64,000 bases of DNA from contig NC_090332.1 of the NCBI RefSeq assembly GCF_035084215.1, forward strand, positions 34,906,001 to 34,970,000, in the 5' to 3' direction. Under the pieces are notes generated by a model. The model searched no databases. It was not told the origin of the DNA and worked only from the letters and a program-made list of their open reading frames with translations. Positions 12,664 to 25,830 of this stretch are shown one piece after another (the stretch's first letter is position 1; each line of letters begins with the position of its first letter). This stretch comes from Heptranchias perlo (lineage: Eukaryota). The position numbers and the translations under genes were made by a program.

Positions 12664-15600
12664 CATGACCGGCACAATGGTGCAGCATGCAGCCATTCCA
12701 ATATGAATGGATGTGGGTTCATGTTTTCAATTCTTCCCAATCTCAGATGCACTGTAGGGGGTCAGGTACCAAGTTTGTGCCAGACTCCCCCCAAAGGGAA
12801 GGAGAAAAACTTTGCAGCAAAGCCAGCCTGGATCACTCTCATGCATCTTGTGGCCAGTTGTTGAAAGGCTTTGAAGGGGAAGTGGTACAACAGATCACAA
12901 AGGATCAGATACAGCAAGAAAGAAATTACAAGGGATTACAGGTATAGGGCTAAACATGATACAAGTTGCCAATCACTTTGTTTTGTGAGCTGACTATATA
13001 ATATAGAACTATAACTATCAGATCTCTTGTGACATTGCTCATAGTGAGTTGGAGAATATGATGTTTTATAACAGTAGGATTGTTATCAACAAAGTGTAAT
13101 GCCAAAAGTTGTTAAAGTGTCACACTTACAAGAAGTGTACTGTAGGCAAGAATTTTGAGATTATTTATATATATATATATATATATAAATAATGTGTGTG
13201 TAAAGTTTCTAAAAACATATTGAGGGAAAGATTAAGAATTTCATTAAGATCTAATGGGGAAAAAGCCTGAATTTCTATAGTTTGATTTTTTTTTAAACTA
13301 AAAGCATACTTCCCAGCTTTTTTGGCATTTTAGCTTCTTTGTTTTCACTGGTTCTAAGCCAAGTCAGTAGAGGTGGCATTTTAAAATTAGTGTTGCACTG
13401 CTTTTCAGGAGATGAAAAACTATTGGGACTCTTGCCCTGGAGAAGTGTACTTCTTGAGTCAGCGTGAACTTTACATTAAGAATGGAAAAGTTCATGACAT
13501 AACCCAGCTTTCTCTCCTGGTCTGATGAGGCAGTTGAGACCAAAATGGGGATAAGTTAGGATTTAAACTCACCTACATAAGTTTTTTTTGTCATTGGTTG
13601 TTGCTAAGGATTTTCTCATTTTCTTATTCTGGCATTTCCCTGTGCCATATATCACTTCTTCCCAATCGGTTAGCCATGCAATCAACTCTCACGTCTCTGT
13701 TAATACCATTCTACAAATGGGCCTCAGGATGTAGGAGGGTAGCCCAATGTAGTTGTCCTTCAAAATGTTTTCCCCTCCCTTAGGGAGAAATTTGGCCTCT
13801 ACTCAGTGCCTAACAACACAGCCAAGGAATTGTAGACATTAACCCACATCCTACCATTCATGACATTCCACCCATCCATCTTTATAATAATGTACCTTGC
13901 ACCTGTTGTGTATATCAAGTTTGTTAACCATGGTCTTGACTGTCAACTATCAGTTTCCTTTCTAGTCAATGGTTACGTGTTATCTTTGGTGTCTTTCTCC
14001 ATTTTAATTGATTATTTTCTATTTTCATTATTCACAAATCATATTATGCAAAAGCTTTCTCACCAATCATATTCCACCAAAAGAATTCTACACAAATCAC
14101 ATTCCAAAAGATACAGCCACTGTGATAGTTGCTCACACACCCCTATATTCCCTTAAAATAAAATTTATCAGATAACACACATAAAAACACACAAAAAATT
14201 TGTTAACTTACCCATGTTCTTAGCTTCGCTAATCTTTTGCCTGCCTCCTTAGCAGAGGAAGTCCTAGAAACTATTGCACAGTCACCCCACCCCAAGTATG
14301 CACAGGGGGTCCATCTGCTGGAGATTTTTTTGTCTGCCTAACACCCTGATGCAGGTCAATAATTCCCAGGAATATCCCCAGAAACTATCATGAGCTACTC
14401 CCTCCCAATCTTTTATGTGCTTTTTGCATGGTCAGCTGCCCCCTGCAATCACCGTGTACTAATGCAAAAGTTGCAGGAGATAGGGAGGAAAATCATGTTG
14501 CAGAAACAAACATGAGAGGTAAAAGAGATGAAGAAGAGAATAAGGGAAAGTAAAAAGGTATGAGATTAGGTGTGTGGGAAGAGAAAGACAGCTACAAAAA
14601 CTGATCTGTATATGCTCAAGAGTCCATATTCAATGAACAAACTCCTGACTTCATTTTTTCAGCAGCTCAATGGACTCAAAGAATGGAGAAGCGAGAGAGG
14701 CTGTTGTCTGGTCATGGAGATTGCGAGAGCTGTCTTGAAGCCGAAAGGATCAGGATTTGTTCAATACAAGAGGTTAGACATTGCATACGTTCATGAGGAT
14801 TTTTATTTACTGGAATATTTTATGAGCACCCATTTCAGGAATGGGATTTGGAAGCGAGGGATAAATACAATACTGCATCCTCCAATTCACTAACATCAAA
14901 GGAGGTCCACTAACATAAAAGGGAATTTTGGCAAACTGCAATACATCAGTTAATGCTGGTAAACTGTACTTAACAACTTTGAAGTTGGTGGATAAATAGG
15001 AATGCCAATTATTCAAGCACACATTCTGAGAAAAACAGGATATAACACACAAGAAATTTTCTTTCATATTGTGCCTAGGTTCTATGAAATTCTTGGCCTG
15101 TGATTGCTTGTTGAACAGCAGACTTTGCAATATCCTTATATTGGAGACAATGCAACCCCCCTGTAATTTTTGTTAGCTCAGCCATTAGAAATTTCCTTTA
15201 TGTTCTCAAGAAGTTCATGTTTACTTCACAAAAACAGGATCAGTTTATATTTGCCTGAAACGGGTAGCTATATTCCAGTCTAAAAAAGTCATGAAGCTAA
15301 GCAATATCTAACCTCTTGTATTGAACAAGATGTATTATTACCTGAAGTTTTAGAATTGTGTGTAATGTAGGCTGAAAAGGTTGCCAAAAAGATATATAGA
15401 ACACTATGGTCATTCTCCACTTTCAGCAGCATTCCATAAAGTTTTATTGCAAACATACAGTTCAATGTCTGAAACAGACCAACATCATACATTAATAGTC
15501 ATTCTTTCACAACTACACAGATGACTCATTCACTTCCCAAACATAATTGATTCTTTATAAAAGGGGCTGTTATCATGTCTGAGGAGGAGGTGGGGAAAAA

Positions 15601-15724
15601 TAACAGGATGTAGACCAATTGTAGCTTAGAAATCAATCCAATATTCAAGCATAATGAAGCCAACAAATGAAGAAGCCTGCATGGCTTCCTGAACAGAGTG
15701 AAGCTAACAAAGTAGCTCAGCAGC

Positions 15725-15932
15725 ACAGATGGTTGAGGGATAAATGTTAGCCAAGGCACCAGGGAACTCACCTGCACTTCTTTGAATAGTGCAGACCTCC
15801 AAAAGTACAGCACTCCCTCAGTATTGCACTGAAATGTCAGGCGAGATTATATGCTGAAGTCTCTGGAGTAGGACTTGCACCCACGGCCTTCTGACTCAGA
15901 GGTGAGAGTACTACCATTGAGTCAAGGCTGAC
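15725..15932 (-). mobile_element. tRNA-derived SINE, Deu-domain type (internally deleted)
   Basis: Minus strand: A-box-like TGACTCAATGG, B-box-like GTGCAAGTCC, then tactgagggagtgctg and ttccctggtgccttggctaacatttatccctcaacc; same family as 45062-45423. Confidence 0.7.
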
Positions 15933-18900
15933 AACCATAATGTATTTGATATTATACAAATTTGCTTCAATCAGCTACACAAGGACATTTTGTTTTTAAA
16001 TTCAAATTCATTGGGCAATAAGCCATGTAGGCTGACTTTCTTGTCTACCCTTTTCTACGCAGCTATGGATATTACCAGTCAGGTCTCCTCGTGAAAATAA
16101 ACTCACAAAAGACATCCTGTCCAGATAAAATAAGCTTACCTCTCACACTTCCTGTAGTTTATGATGTCATCCAAATTCCTTGTTTGAATTACACCATGTG
16201 CTCTATTGCTATTGTCCCACTGATTGGTAAACTGTCAGTACACATTACATTATCCAGCTGAGATAGATTATTTTACTATTTACTTAAAAATGCTGCATAT
16301 ATGATCCAAGTAACATTGCAAGAGTCATATTCCAGTCTGAGCTCCTTCTGTTACTTCGATGTGACACAACCTACTGAAATTGGGTCAAATGGGAAAAGCT
16401 GAAAATGTATCTATGTGATGCTCATTGTATTGGAAAATCCAAAGTGAAGTACCCAGGCACATTGTGCAGGACACCACTCAGTTTGAAAAGAGCAAATGAG
16501 AAAGTAATTTCAATCAGAAAGTAGTGATCAAGTGCTACCAACTTGGATTTCAAAAGCCTAAATATTGCAAGAGGAGGAAAAGTCTGAGGGGGGTAATGAG
16601 TTTCAGTTTTAAAGCACTGGGAAAGAATTAGAATGAAAGATTGTGCAGTGAGTATTTAACACAGAGGGAATGTAGGGAGTAAGAATTACATAAGATTGTG
16701 TAAGTGGAGCTTGGAAGAAGAAAAGTTCAGCAGAGCACTGTCCACGGCTGTATTAACAAAATAAAGAAAGTCAAGGTTGAAGGCTAGAGCAGGAATTGCT
16801 GATCGGATGACAAGCTCTCTCTTGTATCCTGTACAGGACTGCAAGAGTAGTGGAAGAAGAGCCATTTACAATGTTGAGGTATTGTATAAACTAAGCACAG
16901 AGGGAAAGTTACTTTTACTGTCAGGGTTTAAAAGGTCAACATATTCAAACTTTGTAGATTCACATTAAAGCCTGGAAATTCTTTAGGGAGAGGACGAGAA
17001 AGAACAAGATCTTGACTTGAAACAATTAGTACACAAGAGTTCTGTGAAATTATCAACAATATGAACAAATTTCTGGTCTGAATTGTCTACACCTTCCATT
17101 TGAAAGTTTTTTTTATTAAAAACTTGTTACTACATGTTATAGCTATTGGGATACTTATTGTGCTTAAAATATTTGCAAGGTTTTCAATGTGTCACAAAAA
17201 GAATTACACAACATTCTCCTAAAGTAATTAAAAATGAATTCCATTTTCTTTTAAGACCATACAAAGGCAGTGCAGCAAGAGCCCTGGTGCAGAGTACTGC
17301 AGGAGCCAGTGTTTCACACTTCACTTTAGCTTCTTCAGCTGGTTGTCTTCACTGTTAAATAGCACTGTTAGGCTGAATGGCACCACTATGAAAATAAATG
17401 TGTGTTATTTTCAAAACAAACACATAACAGACATAATGCAGCTGTGCATAAATTACATTTTCACCATTATGTGGGCAATTACATTATGCAAAAGTAAAAA
17501 TTCACACCTCTATTTGCATAGCAGCCTACTGCCTCTATCCTCCCCCCAGAAAAAATAATCATCTTCAGGTAAGCTTCACTTCTTTTCTGTATCCTTTACA
17601 ACTGACAGAAAAAAAACTGTACTCCAAATTGGTTTCCTTCACTGAATTTGTACAATACATATTGATCTCCAATGTAACAGAAAAGCCCAGTTTTCTCTTC
17701 ATTTTGAGGATGAGGACAGGGCCAAGACTTTCTGCACAAATGTAGCTTTTATACAAAAGTTATAATTTCCAAGAAATGAGACATCTCTGAGGACAACATC
17801 AGGCCTTTTAGAAAAATAGCACTTCAAGGCATATTTGTGCTTTTGTTTTAAAATATCTTTAAAAGAATTAAACAAATGGATTTTTCAAACATAGTGACTG
17901 CCAAGCAGAAATATTTCCATTGAAGTACTTGCTTCAACTGCAAAACTAAACAAATAATAGGCCACATTTACAGAATAAATGAAGTGTTCAATCATACATT
18001 TATAATGAGGGAAAATTGGCACTGGTGTCACAGACGCTGAGGGACAGATCTTCAGTATAAGCACAAATGTACTCTTTGAGGCCGAGGTGAATTATCATTA
18101 TTGTGATAAAAAAAACTGGGACTTAAAGGATATATTGTCCAGTTACCCTGTAAAATTCATTTAAGTTCCTTGTAATGATTTTGTGTCAATGGTGAGAGAA
18201 CCTACTGTCAGAATTAACTTTCCCTTGCTCCCAGACAGCACAACTTAAAACTCCCGTCGTATCCAGAATGGATTTCAGCAACACAGAGGAATGCTGTCGA
18301 AAACAGTAATTCTCAATAACACAGATCACATTTAAAAAATGCTCAAATCTCAATCTACAAAAAACAGAAAGAACATTTCCCCGTTTCTCTGTTTTATGGA
18401 CCGTGTATTAGTGCGCCGTAATGAAAATTAGATTCTAACAATTTAAAAAAAAAGTGTGGTGACATTTTGTCTCGATACCAAATGCAACATTACTTGCTGG
18501 GTGTCTCCACAACACAGGGTCTGATAGTGATCAAACTACTGAAATGTAGGATTTTTTTTGCTTAAAGTAACTACAGTTTCTCCTGGCCTAGGAACACACT
18601 GATGAGTAATCTACACTTTCTTATATAAAGTGGAGTTTTTTAATGCCAATCTTCTCCTTTCCTGACTCCTACTGGTGTATGGCTATACAGGCACCAATTC
18701 CCATCAGACACTTCACCTAAGTGATTATTCTTGATGTGCAAGCCTAGACAATCAATGTTGGCAGGTAATTTGCCCATGGATGGCACAACAGTTGAGCCCA
18801 ATTTGATCTCACCCAACATTCACATGCCAGTGAAAGTCACTAGATGGTTTAGTCGGGAGTGGGAACACCGGCTGATTATCCCCTCCACCAGCAGTTTCAC

Positions 18901-20049
18901 AACTGTGATCCACTTTGTGGGATTGAAAGCGGTCATACAGTCTGTCCAGATGCCTCTCCTTTATTCCAAAATTATCCTGACTGGAATGATTAAACTACTG
19001 GAGATCCTGAAAGGACAGTATATCAACGACATTGCATTCAGCTGTAGCTTTTGTCTCATGTTCCCGTTGGTGATAGCAGAGGGAGAGTTACTAAGTTTCG
19101 TACACAGTATCACTTCTGTTTGCAGAATTAAACAGGTTTGCATTTCTTTGGTCAGTGGCTTCTTGAGACCAGCCAATGTACCATTTACCATATTACATTA
19201 TGATATCTCTAACAGTTGTACATTTCTTTACTATTTCTACTGCTAAATAGAAAGAAGGCACTTTAATGTTCCTGTGGCAGTTTTAGGACATCAGCTTCCT
19301 GGCTCCACTTTCCTTGTTTACTTTTCTTGCCAGATGTGGAGCCAGCAAATCCACAAGACCAAAAAAGGTAGGTCTCAGCAGACACCAGAACAAGGTAAGT
19401 TGGCCTGTTTATATTTCCAGGTGCAGTCAACAGCATAACTCTGCATGCTATCCAGAGAGAGCAGCAAGAGAGATAGAGGGAGAAAGTAGATTGGGGAAAG
19501 ACAGAGAGGGAGAGGGGAAAGAGTTGGGAGCAATACTTTTGGGGAAGATGAAGGGAGAAGCTGGGAGTGGTATATTGGGATGAGGATGGAAGGATAGTGC
19601 CAGCATTAACAGAGGGAGTGGGGAAGAAACATATCACCCAGAACTGGGGGTAAAACACATCAGCTTGAACTCTTTGGGGGGGGAGGGGGGAAAGAGGGCA
19701 AAACAACAGCTTGAACAGAAGAGTGTAAGAGTAGCAACTTAATTAGGCTGCAGAGGAATAAGAGTACAGATTGAACTACCGAGGGAAAAGAGTGCCAGTA
19801 AGAACTGGGAGGGTTGGAGAAGACAGTGTCTCTGTGAAAGGGTGGTGAGTGGATGGAATGCAGTGTTTCTGTGAACTGGTTCTGGAAGGGTTAAGACCAC
19901 CCTTGTGAACTGGGTTGCATGTGGGAAGTAACTTAAAAATTTACTTTGTGCTGCCATAGCATAATTGGTTAATTATTCCCCTCCCCCCTTTAACTTAAAG
20001 TAAGGAATCTTACAACACCAGGTTACAGTCCAACAGTTTTATTTTAAAA

Positions 20050-20086
20050 TCACAAGCTTTCGGAGATTATCTCCTTCGTCAGGTGA
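20050..20086 (-). ncRNA. Minimal type I hammerhead ribozyme motif (inverted copy)
   Basis: Exact reverse complement of 20105-20141. Confidence 0.8.
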
Positions 20087-20104
20087 GTGAGTGAAAGGTT
20101 TCAC

Positions 20105-20141
20105 TCACCTGACGAAGGAGATAATCTCCGAAAGCTTGTGA
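20105..20141 (+). ncRNA. Minimal type I hammerhead ribozyme motif
   Basis: tcac-CTGACGA-a-GGAGA taa TCTCC-GAAA-GCTT-gtga: intact core boxes, stem I tcac/gtga, 5-bp stem II, palindromic AAGCTT in place of stem III. Confidence 0.8.
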
Positions 20142-20414
20142 TTTTAAAATAAAACTGTTGGACTATAACCTGGTGTTGTAAGATTCCTTACATTTGTCCA
20201 CCCCAGTCCATCACCGGCATCTCCACATCTTAACTTAAAGTGCAATGGGAGGTCTTCCTGTATTTGGGCACTTCAGTGCCTTCTGCTTTCAAATATCATT
20301 TAAGTTTGTTTTTTTTAAGGCTTGGATGTTTTAAATAAAGCTAGATAATTACTATATATTAAATTTGCTATATACTTCACACATTCCTTATTTAGGCATT
20401 ACCACAATGACACA

Positions 20415-23324
20415 TCAAAAGCAAAATACTGCAGACACTAGAAATCTGAAATAAGAACAGAAAATGCTGGAAATACTCAGCAAGTCAGGCAGCATCTGTG
20501 GAGAAAGAAACAGAGTTATCGTTGCAGGTAAATGACCTTTCGTCAGAATTGGGAGAAGTTGAAGATTAAACCATTTTTAAGCAAGTACAGAACCAGGGAA
20601 AGGGGGAGTGGGAGGAAAGAACAAAAGGGAAGGTCTCTGATAGGGTGGAGAGCAGGAGTGGTTAAATGTCAAAAGAGATGATGGTGCAAGGCAAGGAGGG
20701 TGGTAATGGGACAAATAAAGAAACAAAAGATGGGTCTAGAGGAGCTGTAAATGGCAACAGCAGAACCTGCTGTCTTAAAAAAAAAATGGGAGCAGTGGCA
20801 ATGATCTGAAGTTACTGAAATCAATGTTGAGTCCAGAAGGTTGGAAAGTGCCTAATCAAAAGATGAAGCGCTGTTCCTCGAGCTTACGTGGAGCTTCATT
20901 GGAACAATGTAGGAGGCCGGGGACAGAGAGGTCCAAGTGGAAGTAGGTCAGAGAATTAAAATGGCAAGTGACTGGCAGGTCAGGGTTGCGCTTGCATGCT
21001 GAGTGGAGGTGTTCAGCAAAGCAATCACCCAATCTGTGTTTGGTCTCTCCAATGTAGAGGAGACCATATTGTGAGCAGCAAATACAGTATACTAAATTGA
21101 AAGAAGTACAAGTCAATTACTGTCTCACCTGGAAGGAGTGTTTGAGGCCCTGAATGGTGGGGAGGTGAAAGGGCAGGTGTTGCATCTCCTGCGCTCGCAT
21201 GGGGAGGAGTGAGGGGAAGACCGGTCCCTTCGGCATGCAGAAAGGGGAGGGGAAAATGTGTTTGGTGGTGGGATCACGCGGGAGATGGCGGAAATGGTGG
21301 AGGATGATTCGTTGAACGTGGAGGCTGGTGGGGTGGAAGGTGAGGACAAGGGGGACCCTATCATGGTTCTGGGAGGTAGGGGAAGGGGGGAGGTCAGAAG
21401 TGCGGGAAATGGAACGGTCACGGTTGAGGGCCCTGTCAACTACAGTGGAAGGGAATCTCGGTTGAGGAAAAAGGAAGACATATTGGAAGCAATGGTATGG
21501 AAGGTGGCATTGTCAGAACAGATGCAACGGAAGCGGAGAAACTGGGAGAAGGGAATAAAGTCCTTTCAGGAAGTGGGAGGAAGTGTAATCAAGGTAGCTG
21601 TGGGAGTCGGTGGGCTTATAATAGATATTGGTTGATAGTCTATTCCCAGAAATGGAGAAGTCGAGGAAGGGAAGAGTCAGAGATGGACCATGTAAAAGCG
21701 AGGGAAGGGTGGAAATTGGAAGCATTGATGAACTTTTCCAGTTTGGGGCAAGAGCAGGAAACGGTACCGATACATTCATCAATGTGCCGGAAAAATGTGA
21801 GGGAGGGGACCTGAGTAGGACTGGAACAAAGAACGTTCCACGAATCCCACAAGACTGGCATAGCTAGAACCCATAAGGGTTCCCATAGTGATACCTTTTA
21901 TTTGAAGGAAGTGAGTGGAGTCGAAGGAGAAATTGTTTAACGTAAGAACAAGATCAGCCAGCCGGAAGAGGGTGGTGGTGGATGGGGACTGGTTGGGCCT
22001 CCGTTCAAGGAACAAGCGGAGGGCCCGCAGGCTGTCCTGGTGGGGGATGGAGGTGTAGAGGGACTGGACGTCCATGGTAAAAAGGAGACTGTTACGGCTG
22101 GGGAACTGGAAACTGTTAAAGTGGCGGAGGGCATCGGAAGAGTTGCTGATGTAGGTCGGAAGAGACTGGACAAGGGGAGAAAAAAAATAAGTTCTGTGGG
22201 GCAACAGGCTGAAATGATGGGTCTACCAGGGCAGTCCTGTTTGTGGATCTTGGGAAGTAGAAGCGGGCTGTGCGGGGTTGGGGGACTATGAGGTTGGAGG
22301 CGGGCAGATCTCCAGAGGAGATGAGGTCAGTGACAGTCTAGGAAACCACGGCTTGATGTTCGGTGGTAGGCTCATGGTCCAGGGGGAGGTAGCAGGAGTT
22401 ATTGGAGAGTTGGCGTTCGGCCTCTGCAAGGTAGAGGTCTGTTTGCCACACAACAGCGCCGCCCCTGTCAGCAGGTTTAATGACAATGTCAGGGTTGGAC
22501 CTGAGGGTACGGAGTGCTGCAAAATCAGAGGTAGGTAGGTTAGAGTGAGTGAGGGGAGTAGAGAAATTAAGATGGCTAATGTCACGCCAGCAGTTCCCAA
22601 CGAAAAGATCAAGAGAGGGTAAGAGGCCAGAGGGAGGGGTCCACGAGGAATGAGAATTCTGAAGGTGGAAGAAAGGGTCCGCTGTGTGGGGGGAAGATTC
22701 CTGACCAAAGATGTGGATGCGGAACGGAAGGCGACAGAAGAAGAGCTCAGCATCGTGTCTAGCTGAAATTCAGTGAGGTGGGGGCGTAAGGGGATGAAGC
22801 TGAGGTCTTTGCTGAGGACTGATCGTTCGGGGTCAGAGGGGATAGTAGAAACACGACAAAAGGTGAGATTGGAGGAAGGGATGGGGTCGGAGGAAAGCGA
22901 TGGGGAAGAAGGATCGAAGATTTGTTGAAGCTTGTGTTCCTTGACACCTAAAAGAAGAAAAAAAGTTTTTTGTTAAAGCACCTGATGAGTCGAAGGATGA
23001 AATGGAACTGTGGAACAGGACAACTCTGAAGTAGAATGAGTCGGTACCGCTGGAGAGGTCGAGAGCGTGGATGTGGCGGCGCATGGCATTGAGCGTGAAT
23101 CTCAAGAAGCGACAAGAGCAGTGGTTCGAGGAACACTGAATATCATGGAGATATCTGTAATCACGGGTGGATCCGAAACACGAAGAGTGGAATTTAAGTT
23201 GGAATCCATATGGAATAAGTCGGAGCCGGAGGCAGTTGCTGAGGAAAGAGATGTGGCTGTGAAAGCGAGTTTTAGTAGAAACCTGATCAAACATGAGAAG
23301 GGAAACAGAATGCAATGAAGGTGA
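20415..23324 (-). mobile_element. Penelope-like element (RT + GIY-YIG), family B, frameshifted
   Basis: Fragments LFTMDVQSLYTSIPHQ, QIKGITMGTLMG, FFRHIDECIG, IYYKPTDSH and the GIY-YIG region NLVYCICCSQYGLLYIGETKHRLGDCFAEHL; TSD ACAATGACACA at 20404-20414 and 23325-23335. Degenerate hammerhead (GAAA changed to GCAA) at 20514-20550. Confidence 0.9.
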
Positions 23325-25126
23325 ACAATGACACAGTCACTTCTGCAGCTACATATTTCTAACACGAGATAGTTTCATAAGCTACAGATCCCATACCTAT
23401 TCCTACATCATTGCTAATGAATTTTAGAAAATTAACTTTCCCCTGGCTTTGTGAGCAACACCACAGGAGATCCACTGGTTTGCTTCATCTCATTAATCTA
23501 TGGCACCTGCATAGAGTAGACCAGCTGTGTTATACTCAGAGTGTTACCTTCTGCTGGTGTAAAAACCAAAAGTCAATAATGACTCATAACTACTTTTATT
23601 TTTATATATATTGTATTCATATCAGAGTAAATTATTTTTGGCTTCAAATGCTGTAAGTGCAGTAATCTTCAGAATGCTGGAAGATGTACCAAAAAGGTGT
23701 CAAAGATTAAAATTTCCTAGGGAACATGCCTGTAGCTCCATCTAGAAAATGCATTTTGCACCACAAGATCTGACCTTTTCCTTGAAAAATTTCCAAATCC
23801 GCCACTACAATAATTTCACTTTTGTATACTTTTAATTTTTGTCCGTCTATAATAGCTGCATCTTACGTCCAGATAAGCTATGGGATTCAGCTTTCACAGA
23901 AAAACAATCTGAATATTGCAGAATGTCATCCTAAAACACTTAAATATTGTGAAATCGGATGTAAAAAATTATTATTCACCATGAAACAGTGGCTTTAGTC
24001 AGAGGCCTTTATTCAAGGCTGATTTTCAGTTTTACGATTGAGTTATCAGCTTTTTTGAAGCTGTTTTGTCAGCTTTTCAAATTTGTGGAGGTTGCCATGT
24101 ATGGGTCTGCATCACTCAGTTACATGCTATTTTCATAACATACAATCCACATCATGTGTGAAATAACTAGGCTTGATCCATTTAATGGATGAAAAAAGTA
24201 AAAGTACAGATTTCAAAGTATAATCAAGCATAATTCTGATGAGCAGGTATGTAAAAGCAGGAGAGATGCACTTGTCTGAAGGATGAATTTAGTGTATTTC
24301 TTGCACTGATTTATACAGTATTGTTTTCTTATATGTGATCTGCCATATTGGTTAGTACAGATGATTTCCCTCTTCCCATTCTTCTTTCAGCACACAGTAT
24401 TCAAATGATCAAAAATCAAATGCACTTATTTCAGTTGGATGCCTGCTTTTTTCCAAAAGATTTTAACATGCATATTGAATATTGCAGGTTTACGTCCTGT
24501 TGGAAAATACTTTTTGTTTGTAAATAGGATGAGGTTAATGCATTTACTTTCATAATCTTTGCAACTTTTGTGCTGACTATTCTCAACGTATATCACTATT
24601 CACAAATTATAAAGGATTTCCCAGAGACATTTGAATCCAGTAAGTTTAACTCTACATACAAATAGCATATTTGAAAATGAAGCAATATCCTATGCCTCTA
24701 TTATTGACATTTTATTGATTAAAATTAATGTGCCTTGCATTTTCTCAGAAACTTGGAATGTATAAATGTTTGTAAACATTGCCTGAACAAGAAATTCTGT
24801 CCAACCAGGCAATTTTCTGAGCTATTAAACAATTTGAGCTTTCTTATTATGAATTCTTTTTCCAAAGGGCTGCTTTGGTAAAACATTGAGAAATATCCTG
24901 AAAGATGCCAGTCTTGTTTCTGTTATTTAATGTTAAGTTTCTCAAAATCATACTGTCAGATTTCAACACAACCTTTATGCCTGTAACAGAAAAGTTTCCT
25001 CCATCCATCTTTGAAGGGTTTTCCCTGAGCTGTCCAACTGAACACAGGGGTCTCCAGTGACAAAGTTCATGCTGTTAACAGGCCCTGTATTTCAAGGTAT
25101 AGAAATCCCACTGATGCGTCTCTTCT

Positions 25127-25177
25127 TTACAATGCGGAGTTCAGGAACTGAAGGAGTTCTGCTCGATTTCGGTCTCT
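25127..25177 (-). CDS. Ser/Arg/Lys-rich protein, last coding exon (RDRNRAELLQFLNSAL*)
   Basis: Acceptor ttcaatcccacag, 51 nt, phase 0, TAA at 25129-25127. Confidence 0.85.
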   Translation of the reverse strand, partial: RDRNRAELLQFLNSAL

Positions 25178-25502
25178 CTGTGGGATTGAAAAAGAGTTTA
25201 TGTGCCTCAATAGATTGAATACATCTATCATAACACAAAAGGGATGATTTTCATACTTCATTTAAGTGGTTGGAGAATGTTGTGCAGTGAGATTCTGATG
25301 CACTCTCTTGGGGTGCAGGTTCCCAGTCAGAAAGTAAAGTTGAAAAATTATCCCTAGAGTGCAATCCTTGGAAAGCTGCAGTACCATTCCTACTCTACAT
25401 CTAAAAATAAAACATTTACCTAATTTTTAAAAACTCAAATGCTAGAAATGCAGAAAAAAACCTACAAGACGTTAGAAATGAACAGCAAGTTGATCAGCAT
25501 TT

Positions 25503-25830
25503 AGAATCATAGAACGGTTACAGTACAGAAGGTGGCCATTCGGCCCATCGAGTCTGTGCTGGCTCTCTGCAAGAGCAATCCAGCTAGTCCCACTCCCCCG
25601 CCCTTTCCCCTTAGTCCTGCAAATGTTTTCCTTTCAAGTACTTATCCAATTCCCTTTTGAAAGCCACAATTGAATCAGCTACCACCACCATTGCAGGCAG
25701 TGCATTCCAGATCTTAATCACTCGCTGTGTAAAAAAGTTTTTCCTCATGACACCTTTGGTTCTTTTGCCAATCATCTTAAATCTATGTCCTCTGGTCTTG
25801 ATCCTTCTGCCAATGGGAACAGTTTCTCTC
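25503..25830 (-). mobile_element. CR1 LINE 3' fragment
   Basis: KTRGHRFKMIGKRTKGVMRKNFFTQRVIKIWNALP is the CR1 ORF2 C-terminal motif; 3' tail ...ccgttctatgattcta. Confidence 0.85.

Larger units (their letters stand above)
20001..20229. mobile_element. Palindromic Penelope-derived mini-element with TSD
   Basis: Inverted arms 20000-20090 and 20101-20191 (one mismatch). Its 3' part matches the tail of the PLE at 36970-37093. Flanked by TTAACTTAAAG at 19990-20000 and 20230-20240. Confidence 0.9.

Noticed and set aside
18731-19246. 171-aa ORF
   Set aside because: Non-ATG start, overlaps an old SINE-like repeat, no motif or splice support.
21258-22538. Plus-strand ORFs of 80-125 aa over the PLE (similar ones at 43092-44844 and 29568-32407)
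   Set aside because: Antisense shadows of retroelement coding sequence.
24236-24280. Box C/D snoRNA (TGATGA...CTGA)
   Set aside because: Only about 40 nt between boxes, no convincing terminal stem, and not in a sense-strand intron.
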